A stretch of 64,000 nucleotides of DNA from Lepidodermella squamata (GCA_047495785.1 JBLDXI010000054.1:2046001-2110000); one strand, 5' to 3'; numbered from the stretch's first letter, positions 12,948 to 24,341 are shown. Notes: a model not told the origin generated them from the sequence alone. A program made the numbers and translations.

Positions 12948-13790
12948 GGCAGTATAGATGCCGGGCTGGGTATTTCTGGTTTCTGAGATACTTTCAACTT
13001 TGAACTAGCCACCCACTTTGATATGTTGGCCACACTGCCTTCTTGGTCTTCGCCCTTTTCACAGCACGTGCAGCACATGACGCTTTTAGACCGTTCGAAA
13101 AAGAGTCGAACCAAGTGAACTTCTTTCAGACCGGACTAAAAAACACACCCATGTGGTTGCTTGGGTTTGCTTTCCAGGATCGCTCGAGTTTTTACGGTAT
13201 CAATAAGTTCAGTCTTTATGGTTACAAGGGACTTATCACTATCCTTGATTTGTTATGATTGAGCTCAGAGACTGTCTATTTTTTAATGTCATTACGCATT
13301 ATATTGTGCCAATTCACTATCTGCCAATTTAATATTGTCATAATGATTTTAGTATATGTATTAGGAATTAGGAAGTGTGTATTACAGATCGCGGAGGAGG
13401 GCAGCATTCCTGGTTATTCATCTAAAGCTGCGCTAAAGGTTGTTAGCATGATTCAGCAGGAATTATGAAAATTCATAGTGAAAAGCCCCAGTTTCGGTAT
13501 TACAGAGAATTTAATGACGCCTTATGACAGCCCCATAAAATTAGTACGCAGCTTACGAGATAATTGTGACATGCGTATATTGAATCTAGGGAAGCTAAAC
13601 CCAGACGTGCTACGCCAATCATGCGCTCCGTTAATTATAGCATTTAATGACTTCCAAGACATTTAGAAACGCATCAGGTCGCCGACACCAGACGTCCGCG
13701 ATTTTGTCACGGCGAGAGTTTGGCTAACAAAACTTGCGTTGCATATAAAGCCACGGCGTTGTAGTTATTGGTTCTTGTTTCGTATCTGCA

Positions 13791-14224
13791 ATGTCTCAGA
13801 ATAGATTATGGAGCTGCCTAGCTTTAGTTTCGTCGCTGATGACCGCTGCTGTGCTGGCTACTCCAAGCCAGCTCCATGCTAGCAAGGCGTCACAGCTAAG
13901 AACGGCTGTTTTTTCCAAATTGGCTGCTCGGCGTGAAAACGTTCAGTCTACAGCTCAAGTCGACCATCAAAAGGCGATGAGTAGGAATAGCCAGGATATG
14001 AAAGTGATGAATATCTGAAATTTTCTCTTGCAGGAATGATAATCACTGGCCTTGTAATGAGAAAAGACTTTGCTGGCTTGCAAAAGGTGGCCTACGATAT
14101 CGACCGGGCTCGCCGTTTGAACAAATGCGTCAAAGCTCTTGGCTCAAAGGCTGTCTGCGACAACCGAGTCGGATTCTACATTTGGGCGCAGTTATTGGCA
14201 CGGAAAATCATGCAGGGACAGTAG
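13791..14224 (+). CDS. Secreted prepropeptide family, copy 4 (exons 13791-13980, 14034-14224)
   Basis: TATAAA at 13744; signal peptide; 53-bp phase-1 intron; conserved C-terminal peptide. Confidence 0.88.
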
Positions 14225-17083
14225 TATATTCGGTAAAGTGAAATAAATACTGACGCTTATTTTTGATCGAAGAAATTGAAATAAAGCAAGATTCTGGAAT
14301 GAAAACTGACTCTAATATTTGGAAATCCAAAAATGAGTTCAGCATGCGTTGAAAATGTTACTCGGTAAATTGTTTGCTTGATTTTGCCAATATTTAGCCC
14401 CCAAAGTTTATCGCTGTTGGGATAAAAACCGACCTGAATGTATAATTCTGAAATCGGAATTTCTAGTTATTCGGTTTCCTTTAATGCTACCTTATCTTAA
14501 AATTTCAAATGATTGTTCAATGCCGTTTCCTGAGGACGGGGGCCCTTTGGTATGCATTCTTCCATGTATCCTTCATTCAGCCATCTAAAAATATGTTTGC
14601 CAATAACCGGTTCAACCTTGGGGATTAATGAATCCCACCGGATTCTATCCGTTCATCAGAAGAAATTTGGTGAGACATTAGTGCTTGAATCAATTTTGCT
14701 ACGTGCGTTTGCAATGTTGGACACCATTTTTTCTGGCTTCAATTCAGCTCGCGGAATGAACTTGAAAACATGCCCAAATAAACATCGGCTCATAATGGCT
14801 GAACTTTGATACTCGATGGTTCGTGACATGTGGGTTTTTTCAAACTAATAAAATAATGTTTTAGATGATTAAGACAAGTTTTATGCAGATAGTTTTAATT
14901 CGATACAAGCCAAGGCAGTTCCAGCGTAAATTCGAGGCTCAGGGATAAAAAATGTCTGTAACATAGCTTTGAGTAATTAAATTGATAGTTTTTCCGCATT
15001 GGGCCGTGAAATGTCGTTGATAAGTCCCGAGACAATTTTTAGTTATCCTGATTCCTGATGGGACTTCAATCCAATCCAGTAAACCTAATGAGGCGCAATG
15101 CACAAGAGGGCGTCGCAGATAATCTTTTCGCTACTCATTTGGGCTTGATTTCCACTGGTAACTAAGACTCTCAGAACACAGAAACATTCCAGCATTTCGC
15201 GCTTCGCTGCGGTACAATATCGCCGATATTGTACTCGACCCAGTACACTTATAATGTTTCCGTGACGTGCTTCGTGGATAATATTTGCACTGATTTATGT
15301 ATCTGCGAATTTATATAAGATGCTTCGACACGGGTTTACACTCTAAAGAATTATAGCCATATCGTCGTCGTCCGGTTTAATTATGCTAAAATTTGTCGAA
15401 ATGAGCTAGTTGTCTATTTTCATCCAAGTATTGTCGTGAGGAGTTGGCGCTCTGAGGGCGTGGGAGAGACAACCATAACACGCTCGGAGATACAAAGGAA
15501 CTCGCATCGAAGGAATCAAATTTCAACCAATCCGCGGCGTACAAACTCAATCGAAGTAGCAGCAGAATGTGTACGTTTGGGGGACATAGAAAAGCAATTT
15601 CGTGATTGTCCTCTAATGAAACACAGTTCTCTTTTCACTAAAAGGCATTTAGTCTTAAGTAATCTAAAGGAAGGTGAGCGTGTTTGTAAATTTAATTCGT
15701 TGACTGAATAAATGCATCAAAACTCCTGGTGAGCGACAACCGAATCGGCTCAATCAATTAATAATTTAAATAAGAATGCCAATAAAAGCCCGCAACAAGA
15801 GGGTGATACTTGAGTGAAATTCTCGTGGTATTTTCAATTTTTCTGGTCTTAGCATTCGTCTCTCACTTCATTAGACTTTCAGATCCCTTTTCTTTGTATT
15901 TTCTTTGTTTGCATTAGTTCATGGGGCATGGGGCACATTGCAGACCTGCAGACACAGGGAACGGACACTCCCTCAAATCTCAACGGACACTCTTTACTAT
16001 CTACTATTTGTGGACGAGATTTAGACTCTTTGAAATCGATGGTACAGCAATAATAAATATGCATCATTTACCTGAGCTCTAATCTCGTTAAATCAAAATG
16101 AATTGATCATGAACTTGAGGAATATTTCAATCATAGCCGTGCCACTTTTACGGCGGCCGGGAAAATCGTACAATTCAGCGCGTAATTTGAACTATTAAAC
16201 GCTACTGGATATAGAAAAATCTTTAAATTTTGTTTAAAATCATGAAAAGAAGTGATTAGTGCAAGCTGTTTTCCTCCTGTGCTGATAATTGCTGGCTCCA
16301 CTGAGCTATTTTCTCCGCTTCTAAGCGTGGGCGGCTAAACATACCTAATCTCTAGCCTTTAACCTTGCTGTGATTAATTTGAAACAATCGCAAGAACCCT
16401 GACATTTGATGGATCATGAAATGATTGCCACTTCAGCCTAATGAAATAGCTGAAGGTGATTCATTAAATTCTTACATCAACGAAAACCAGACACAGTCAA
16501 GGCATTGGGCAGATAAGGAGCAATTAATATTCCTTGATTTTTCCCGCGCAGGAGACTTAGGATCACAGCTTCCCGAAACTTAGTGTTCGAGTATGGAAAT
16601 TGATAGCTCCTCAGTATAACCACGTGGATAATTAGCTATTAGAGATTTGCGTAATTCGTAATTTCTTTCGCCCCTTGACATTTCTTACCTAGCAAATTAA
16701 CAGCATCCGGTTGGACCATGGGTTAAGAAAGTAAGGATTAATGGCAAATGACAATAGTGAAAACCTCCCCCAGTAGAAACCAACATTTTCCTGGTGAATT
16801 TCCTAAAGAAATTCCTAAATTCGAAAAGCCTAATTTAATGACGTCTTCGCTTCAATCGTCCTTCGCATTTCGGATGAAAATAGCCCTGAATTAGGTAAAT
16901 GGAGTTTCGATACTTTGATTTCCATTTTACTTCTTCGCCTCTTCTTACTATGTTATGTTGTTAATCCCCTCGAAACTGACCTCCCCAATCTCCAAAGGCT
17001 CTACTATATATTATTCATAATGCTGCCCGTAATTAATTATGCTAAAATGAGTATAAATTTACAATTTTGATAAGATTGCTGAA

Positions 17084-17395
17084 ATGAAATTTTTAACGAT
17101 TTCAGTATTCATCACTGTATCTATACCATCAACAATGTCTTCAGGTGCTTTCAAGTCTGCGCCAGTTAAAGGCAACATCGCTACATCAACTACGCCCTCA
17201 GTTTACAATCTTGTGCTATGGTTGGTGAAGCGGAAAGATGCGAAAGGCTTGAAAAAGCTGCTCAGAGATTTGGATAAGGCGAGGCGTTTAACTCAGTGCA
17301 TCAATCAACTCGGATCGCTGGCTATTTGCGACAACCGAGTGGGGTTCTACATCTGGGCCCAAATGCTGGCTCGGAAGATAAGAAATGGACAATAA
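17084..17395 (+). CDS. Secreted prepropeptide family, copy 5 (intronless, divergent N-terminus, 103 aa)
   Basis: Single ORF: MKFLTISVFITVSI... RR-LTQCINQLGSLAICDNRVGFYIWAQMLARKIRNGQ; AATAAA about 30 bp after the stop. Confidence 0.8.
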   Translation: MKFLTISVFITVSIPSTMSSGAFKSAPVKGNIATSTTPSVYNLVLWLVKRKDAKGLKKLLRDLDKARRLTQCINQLGSLAICDNRVGFYIWAQMLARKIRNGQ

Positions 17396-17630
17396 TTTTG
17401 TATATGTTGGGATCGTGATTGCGCTCAAATAAATCAAAACCCCATGATTTGTAATAATAATTCGCCAATTTCATCACAGCTCCAAGATAAACATCATTAA
17501 AATGCTAACATATCAACCGTAAATGAGAGCACTCATGATTTTTACTCAAAATCGATTTTTACCTCGTACAACTGGGTAAACATTTTAGCCATACGCCTGA
17601 ATGAGATCTTTTTCACCATCCTATTCGGCA

Positions 17631-18698
17631 ATGGCTAACGGAACCGTAGCCCTTCTTGAGCTGTTACTCGCAACGTGTCATCTAGACCCGCTGGTAAATT
17701 CCCCGAGCGAGCTGACCGGCAATTTCACTGAGGTGAAATTAATTCTGCTAATCGATCGCCTCTTGAAGTTGGACGATGTTGAAGAGACAATGTCCTTCTT
17801 CGGTGATCTGGGGCTAGTTTGGTTTGATAACTGCACGCGAGATAATTCCGAAAACTTCACAAGTCTTTCAGGGGGCGTAGACGTAATCCATACCCTTGAG
17901 GGAAGCAATCAGTTATGGTTTCCTACTATGATTCATCGCAACAGCGTCAACAATCCGGCGATGAAGGGCGATGAAATCAGCCGTTCTGTTGCAATAAACG
18001 TGACGCAGGGTGCATTTGTTAATCAAATAATCGGACCTTTCTCTTCTTATTGCGGGATGCATTTTTGGAGATTCCCGTACGATACCCAAGAATGTTGCGT
18101 TCGGATCATCCTTCTTGCTATTCAACAATTTGTTAAAATCGGGGAGATTTCTTTCGACGAAGAACAGTCAAGTGTTGATTTCATGCCAGAGGGATCAGTT
18201 TGGCGATTCCTATCCTTGGATGCTCGAAAAGAAAAGGATAATGGAACTGCTTGTTTCTGCTTGAAATTGCAACGAGATCCGAGCTACCACGTCACCAACC
18301 TCTTCGCGCCAAGTTTCATTCTGACAATCCTAAGCCTGTGCTCCTTCTTCGTCCCGGCAGAGTTTCCAGACCGAGCTTCTTTCGCTTCCACCATTGTGTT
18401 GGCAATGTTCGTCCTGCAGTCTCAAATTCTATCGAATCTGCCTCGGACAAGTGATCCGATACTAGCAACTTATTTTTCATTCGGTCAAATAATTTATCAA
18501 ATGGTTTGTGCTATTTACGCGGCTTTGATGTGTTCCTTCATCACGCATTACCCTGGTCGCGCAAAAAGCAAAATAACGATATCAGGCGTAAAATTCCGAC
18601 TTTACCTGGTCGTAGACTTGATTTGTTTTACGATTTTTTTCATATCCGGGCTTATTTTTTACGCAGTTATTTTCGGCCTTTTCAGCGCAGTTGGATAA
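17631..18698 (+). CDS. Divergent Cys-loop ligand-gated ion channel subunit 1 (nAChR-like, intronless; alternative ATG at 17601)
   Basis: Cys-loop CGMHFWRFPYDTQEC (C-x13-C); LWFP loop A; pre-M1 LQRDPSYH; four TM helices; M2 PDRASFASTIVLAMFVLQ. Confidence 0.92.
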   Translation: MANGTVALLELLLATCHLDPLVNSPSELTGNFTEVKLILLIDRLLKLDDVEETMSFFGDLGLVWFDNCTRDNSENFTSLSGGVDVIHTLEGSNQLWFPTMIHRNSVNNPAMKGDEISRSVAINVTQGAFVNQIIGPFSSYCGMHFWRFPYDTQECCVRIILLAIQQFVKIGEISFDEEQSSVDFMPEGSVWRFLSLDARKEKDNGTACFCLKLQRDPSYHVTNLFAPSFILTILSLCSFFVPAEFPDRASFASTIVLAMFVLQSQILSNLPRTSDPILATYFSFGQIIYQMVCAIYAALMCSFITHYPGRAKSKITISGVKFRLYLVVDLICFTIFFISGLIFYAVIFGLFSAVG

Positions 18699-18827
18699 AA
18701 ATGTTTGCAAATTGAACTATACAGGGAAAAGATTCATATTTACAATATTCGATCCATATTTCCGTCATTTTATTGAAGCTGGTCGGCATAAGTCAAAAGT
18801 AAATATCGGGAATTTGAGGCTTGTAAA

Positions 18828-19889
18828 ATGTTGAATGGTTCTGCAGCTTTGCTCGAGTTACTCCTAACGACTTGCCATTTAGATCCGGTGATCAACTCGC
18901 CAAGTGAGCTTACCGGTCAGCCTACGGTAGTAAACATCACTTTCATTGTCGATCGACTATTGAAAATCGACGATGTTGAGGAGACTATGCAAGTCTTTGG
19001 CGCGTTAAGTTTCATATGGAGGGATCAGTGTATTCTGAAAAATTCCAAGGAACTGATTGAGGCGGCTGGAAATATTTCACAGATGCTACTAATGCAGGGT
19101 ACCAGTGACCGAATATGGTGGCCGAAAATTGCTCACCGCAACAGCGTAAGCAACCCGTCCATGGGCGGGGATGAATTTATTCGATCAACAATTCTCATTA
19201 TCTACGATGGAATCGTCATTAATACCATCATAGGATCCTTCACTTCTTACTGCACCATGCATTTCTGGAGGTTTCCTTACGACACTCAAACTTGCTATGT
19301 GAGGATGAGTATGTTATCGATTGAGAGCTTTGCCGTCATAGGAGCTTTGGAGTATCCACAAGAAAAAAGGAAAGACTTCATACCAGAAAGCTCTGTTTGG
19401 CGATATGTTTCACACAAAGCTGACCAGGACAATTTCTCCACCAGGTTTTCGTTGACCTTAACGCGAGACGCAAGCTACCACGTCACAAATTTTCTGGCGC
19501 CTAGCTTTATCTTGAACATCCTAAGCCTCGGCAGTTTCCTCGTTCCGGCCGAATTCCCAGACAGAGCTTCGTTCGCCTCGACTATCATGTTGGCTACGTT
19601 TGTCCTGCAGTCTCAAATGTTATCAAACCTACCGAAGACCAATGAGCCAATAATTGCGACGTATTTCCTATTCGGACAAACTGTCTACCAAATGGCTTGT
19701 GCCTTGTATGCTGCAGCTATTTGCTACTTCATCACAGTGTTCCCACGGGTAGCAACTCGAAAAATAAACGTGCGAAAATGCAGCCTGCGTTGCTATCTCC
19801 TAGTCGACACGGTTGTTTTCGGAGTGTTCATCATAGCTGGAATCATTTTCTACGCAACCATCTTGAAGACTTTGATCGAATCGGCGTAG
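18828..19889 (+). CDS. Divergent Cys-loop ligand-gated ion channel subunit 2 (intronless)
   Basis: Cys-loop CTMHFWRFPYDTQTC; IWWP; four TMs; clear paralog of subunit 1. Confidence 0.92.
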   Translation: MLNGSAALLELLLTTCHLDPVINSPSELTGQPTVVNITFIVDRLLKIDDVEETMQVFGALSFIWRDQCILKNSKELIEAAGNISQMLLMQGTSDRIWWPKIAHRNSVSNPSMGGDEFIRSTILIIYDGIVINTIIGSFTSYCTMHFWRFPYDTQTCYVRMSMLSIESFAVIGALEYPQEKRKDFIPESSVWRYVSHKADQDNFSTRFSLTLTRDASYHVTNFLAPSFILNILSLGSFLVPAEFPDRASFASTIMLATFVLQSQMLSNLPKTNEPIIATYFLFGQTVYQMACALYAAAICYFITVFPRVATRKINVRKCSLRCYLLVDTVVFGVFIIAGIIFYATILKTLIESA

Positions 19890-20014
19890 CGGTGACTTTT
19901 GAACCCTGAAGATGTATTAGTCGACGCTATTCTTTTCTTGTCTTTTTAAATCTCAACTGCTTTGTTTCACTTTCGGATGAATCGAAACTCTACGTAACCA
20001 ATCTCTGATCAGAA

Positions 20015-21145
20015 CGCTTCCTTCGTTTCCGCTGTCTCCTATATCCAGCATGTCTCGTTCCGGGACTTTCACCCCGCCTTCCAGACATGTTTTCAAACCT
20101 ACCTAGCACGAATGGAACAGCGCATTTCCTGTTCCGTCAAAAACGTCGTGAACTTTAGATGTGATATAAATAAATAATAAGCCGTAATTTAAATTTTAAA
20201 ATTTGGTTAAATCTTTTACTCGAGCATATTTGGGGTGTTTTTCCAACCGCCAATAAATTAAATCATTTTCCGGTGGAGTTCGGTTTGATTCTTGGGTACA
20301 ATAGCTCCTTAATGCTAGGCTCGATTTGCCGTGTCAAATTTTATCTACGGTCTGCTGAGTCGGTCGGTTTGGTATGGGAACGGCCGCGCGGATGGTTAGC
20401 GAGCCATTCCATTGTTCGTTAAACTCTCTAAACCTTGTTTACTCATCGCTTTCGCGAAACTTACAGACAAAATTACATCAAATTCGATCTGATGTTAGGA
20501 ATTTTTTGTTTCATTAACCTTTGAAATTTGCTTAATATTCAGGCGAAATTGAATCTGGGAACAGACACGTAAGCTCACTTGACGATGAACCATCTTAGCG
20601 AATAAAGTTGAATTTGCCGCGAAGATATAGCATCAAGGATATTCTTCTTAGTTAGCTTCAATCTAAACTGCTCCTTTTTGATTGCGGGTATATCGAGACC
20701 AAAGTTACTACGTAACTACGTATACCCTATGAGCTTCTTTCGTTTTCTTTCTCCTGCGTCTAACGTCTAGATCCAGCGCAAGTCGTTCTGGGACTTTCCC
20801 CCGCGATCAGAGATGTTTTCAAGCCTACCTAGCACGAATGAACCGGCGTATTTCCTGTTCCGTCACTCAAACATCATGAAACGTCGCCTATGACCTGCGC
20901 TGCTTATATGTGCTATGAGCTTCTGTGGCTGTGGTTAACATTGCAGATGATTAATAGGCCGTAATTTTATCGCCCGGTGTCTCATTTTGCGCGAGCATAT
21001 TCGGCGTAAATTATTGTTTTCAAGTCGATCTTGATAAATTTCCAACTTTTCCATGTAATTTTTGGGTCGAATAATGGCTTATTCTGGGCTCGATCTGCAG
21101 TTTCAAAGTTCATCCAGCGTTATTGGCTGGGTCCGGTCGGTTTGA
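20015..21145 (+). repeat. Tandemly duplicated non-coding module (about 20015-20370 and 20733-21145; partial third copy at about 23590-23650) with kappaB-like and ETS-like sites
   Basis: Shared ATCCAGC..GGGACTTTC..CAGA(C/G)ATGTTTTC..CCTACCTAGCACGAATG..ATTTCCTGTTCCGTCA; GGGACTTTCC at 20790-20799 and GGGACTTTCA at 20062-20071. Confidence 0.65.
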
Positions 21146-21728
21146 GTTCGCACTCGTGGTTTTAAAAATGCAGAGCTTATTCGTTAAATCTATTAGCACT
21201 AGTCGAAGTAGCGAAATTTTGATAACTGTTCCTAGTTTCAATTTCGCTGTACCTAATTTAAAATAAAAGTTCATGAAACCGAAATGATTACAGTAGTACC
21301 TATGAGATGCAAACTTGATGAAAACTTTCCTTAATGTTTCGCGTAAGCTGTGTGAGAGGGTTAGGTGAACAGCAAGAATTGAATCATGGAGCCTGCATTA
21401 TTGACATTTTACCCTTTCTACTAATTAGGTCATTCCTAGTCGGAATAGCTGCATGAACGAATCTATACTCTATAGACTACTATTGTGGAGATTCGATCGC
21501 CCCTGGGTTCTATTTTGACGAGTTTTCGACTATATTTGTCTTGCGATTTTCCTTTTATCCGGTCTAATTTTTGTATTTTCTATTATTTGTTTTCTGTACC
21601 CTTTTGAGCAGCTGAATAAAACTGTTTGCTAATGGAATTAAGTGGAAGTAGTCTAATTTCCGGTACATATTATTGATGCTCGGCGTTCACTATCAGAGAA
21701 ATATTTTCGCAGCTGATGGTAAAATGAA

Positions 21729-22793
21729 ATGTTGAATGAAACTTTTACTCTGCTGGATTTACTGCTATCGACTTGCCGCTTGGACCCGGTGGTCAACTCG
21801 CCGAGTGAGCTTACTGGCCAGCCTACGTCAGTGAACATTACTTTCTCCATCGATCGGCTTTTGAAAATCGACGATGTTGAAGAGACTATGCAAGTCATTG
21901 GCGTGGTGGTTTTCTCGTGGATGGATCAGTGTATTCTGAAAAATTCAGAAAAGCTGATTAGGGCGGCTGGTAACGTTTCAGATATGCTACTGATCCAAGG
22001 AAGCGACCGGATATGGTGGCCGAAAATTGTTCACCGCAACAGCGTTAACAACCCGTCGATGAGGGGAGATGAATCCATTCGAGCAGCGTTTATCAGTGTT
22101 TTTTCGGGAAACATAACTAATTCAATAATAGGTGCCTTCAATTCCTACTGCAACATGCATTTCTGGAGATTTCCTTACGACGTACAAACTTGCTTTGCTA
22201 GATTCAGCATGTTAGGATATCCGAGGTATACGGTATTGAGTAATTTGGATTACCCGCTAGATATGAGTGGAGAATATTTGCCTGAAAGCTCCGTTTGGCG
22301 ATTTGTTTCTAAAGAAGCCCAACGCGACGCAGACAACATCTCAGCCCGGTTTTGCATCACCCTGAAAAGAGACGCGAGCTACCACGTCACAAATTTTCTG
22401 GCCCCCAGCTTCATCCTGAATATCCTAAGCCTTGGCAGCTTCCTGGTTCCGGCTGAATTCCCGGACAGAGCTTCGTTCGCCTCGACTATAATGTTGGCTA
22501 CGTTTGTCCTGCAGTCTCAAATGTTATCAAACCTACCGAAGACCAATGAACCCATAATTGCTACGTATTTCCTATTCGGTCAAACTGTCTACCAAATGGC
22601 TTGCGCCTTGTATGCAGCAGCTATTTGCTACTTTATCACGGTTTTCCCGCATGTGGCAACACGAAAGGTCACATTGTTGACATTCAACCTTCGGTGTTAT
22701 CTCATGGTTGACACGGTTGTTTTTGCAGTTTTCATCCTAGCTGGGATCATTTTCTACGCAACCATATTCAGGACTCTGATCGAAGCAGGATAA
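21729..22793 (+). CDS. Divergent Cys-loop ligand-gated ion channel subunit 3 (intronless)
   Basis: Cys-loop CNMHFWRFPYDVQTC; M1-M3 identical in protein sequence to subunit 2. Confidence 0.92.
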   Translation: MLNETFTLLDLLLSTCRLDPVVNSPSELTGQPTSVNITFSIDRLLKIDDVEETMQVIGVVVFSWMDQCILKNSEKLIRAAGNVSDMLLIQGSDRIWWPKIVHRNSVNNPSMRGDESIRAAFISVFSGNITNSIIGAFNSYCNMHFWRFPYDVQTCFARFSMLGYPRYTVLSNLDYPLDMSGEYLPESSVWRFVSKEAQRDADNISARFCITLKRDASYHVTNFLAPSFILNILSLGSFLVPAEFPDRASFASTIMLATFVLQSQMLSNLPKTNEPIIATYFLFGQTVYQMACALYAAAICYFITVFPHVATRKVTLLTFNLRCYLMVDTVVFAVFILAGIIFYATIFRTLIEAG

Positions 22794-24341
22794 CATTTCA
22801 TTGAGGAAAATCTGTGCAGTAATTGACCAAGATTATAATGGGGTCTGAATCTTAGTCACTGGAAATCATGCAACTGGTGTTGCAAGGTCATTTTTAATAA
22901 TGTATCAGTGTATTGCACGCCTAAAATGTTTCGTGCCTGAGTCATAGTAACGACCGATCGACCAATTAGATCGCGCGATGAAGTTCAACCATTTAGTGGT
23001 TCGACAATATGCAAATATCAGCTTTTGGTCTGATAATGATTGTTCATATGCAATTTCCAACGCCCAGTGGATCGAGCGCCCCCTCGTCATCATCGAAGGT
23101 CGTGCGTTCGACTCCAGCTGCCCACAGAGCAACACCAAAATAGTGTTCCGGCCTTGAGCAAGTCGCTTCGCCCCAGCTCCCGGACTGGACATGCAAAGCC
23201 TGTGCGTGCGCATGATTCCGTATGTGTCTGTGTTGTCTGTGGCAGTAAAATGTCCACTCCTTCAAACCGGGAAATCGTTATAGATATTCAGTCGCAAGGA
23301 GTATAAATAAAGCTGTTATTAAAATTGCATTATTAACGAGCATCAATTTTAATTAAAAATTCTGAATTTCTGAATTGTGTTATTTAAGCTGAAAGCTGAA
23401 AGATGAATTTAAGTGTTGAAAGCCAGACTCGTCCGACGCTGAATGAAATTCCGCTTTTATTCACAGCCTCAGACAGTCCGGTCTTAAAACGTACAGTCCT
23501 CATGTTGTTAACAAGTTCTTCGAAACAAGAGCCCACCCACTACTTTGGCGTACAATGTTAAACTAGGTGAACTAGATCGACTGGCTACTTTTGCCCTGCG
23601 ATCAGACATGTTTTTCAGCACGATTATACTGGGGCATTTCCTGTTCCGACAATAGGAAATAACAGATTCGCTCCACTGCGATGTGGGCGAGATATAATGC
23701 GGTCGACATTTTACAGTTGACTGGTTCGCCGTATTTGTGTCTCATATTAGCGTGCTGTTGCTATTGACCTCGCAATAAATGTCAACATTTTCCAGGTGAA
23801 ATTCGATGTGATTTTTGGGGTTCAAATTATGATCGAAAACAAAATCATAATTCATAATTGAATCAGACCGACTGTTTTTCACGACGCGTGACTGATTTAG
23901 GTCCGGCAGTGAACGATAAGTCCTCGTTACGATATTGTTTCTTGTTTTTAGCGATCTGATGTCCTTATCGCTAAGCGAACAAACCTTCAATTACCAACCT
24001 GCCACAGTTTGTTATCCTTATAGGCGATTTTCAAGTTTATGAAGCAGGCGAGCGTGCATTTTTTCAACCCATCCAATAAAAGCTCAATTTCCCTTCAAAT
24101 GATGGTAATTAGAGCTGAAGCTTTTACCTGACACCTGAAACTGTCAGCTTAAAAGGTAGATTGACAGCGATCATATACCATAGACGTCAATTTATCCCTG
24201 CATCGATTGCCAAAGTTTCAAGTTGCGGATAACTGGACGTTTTGATCGCCGTATAGAGATCAAATCCTATTTTTGCGTGGCATCGTCCCAACTTGCGCAA
24301 AACCATATATATTTTCTCGCTTCTAGAAACTGCTATATCAA

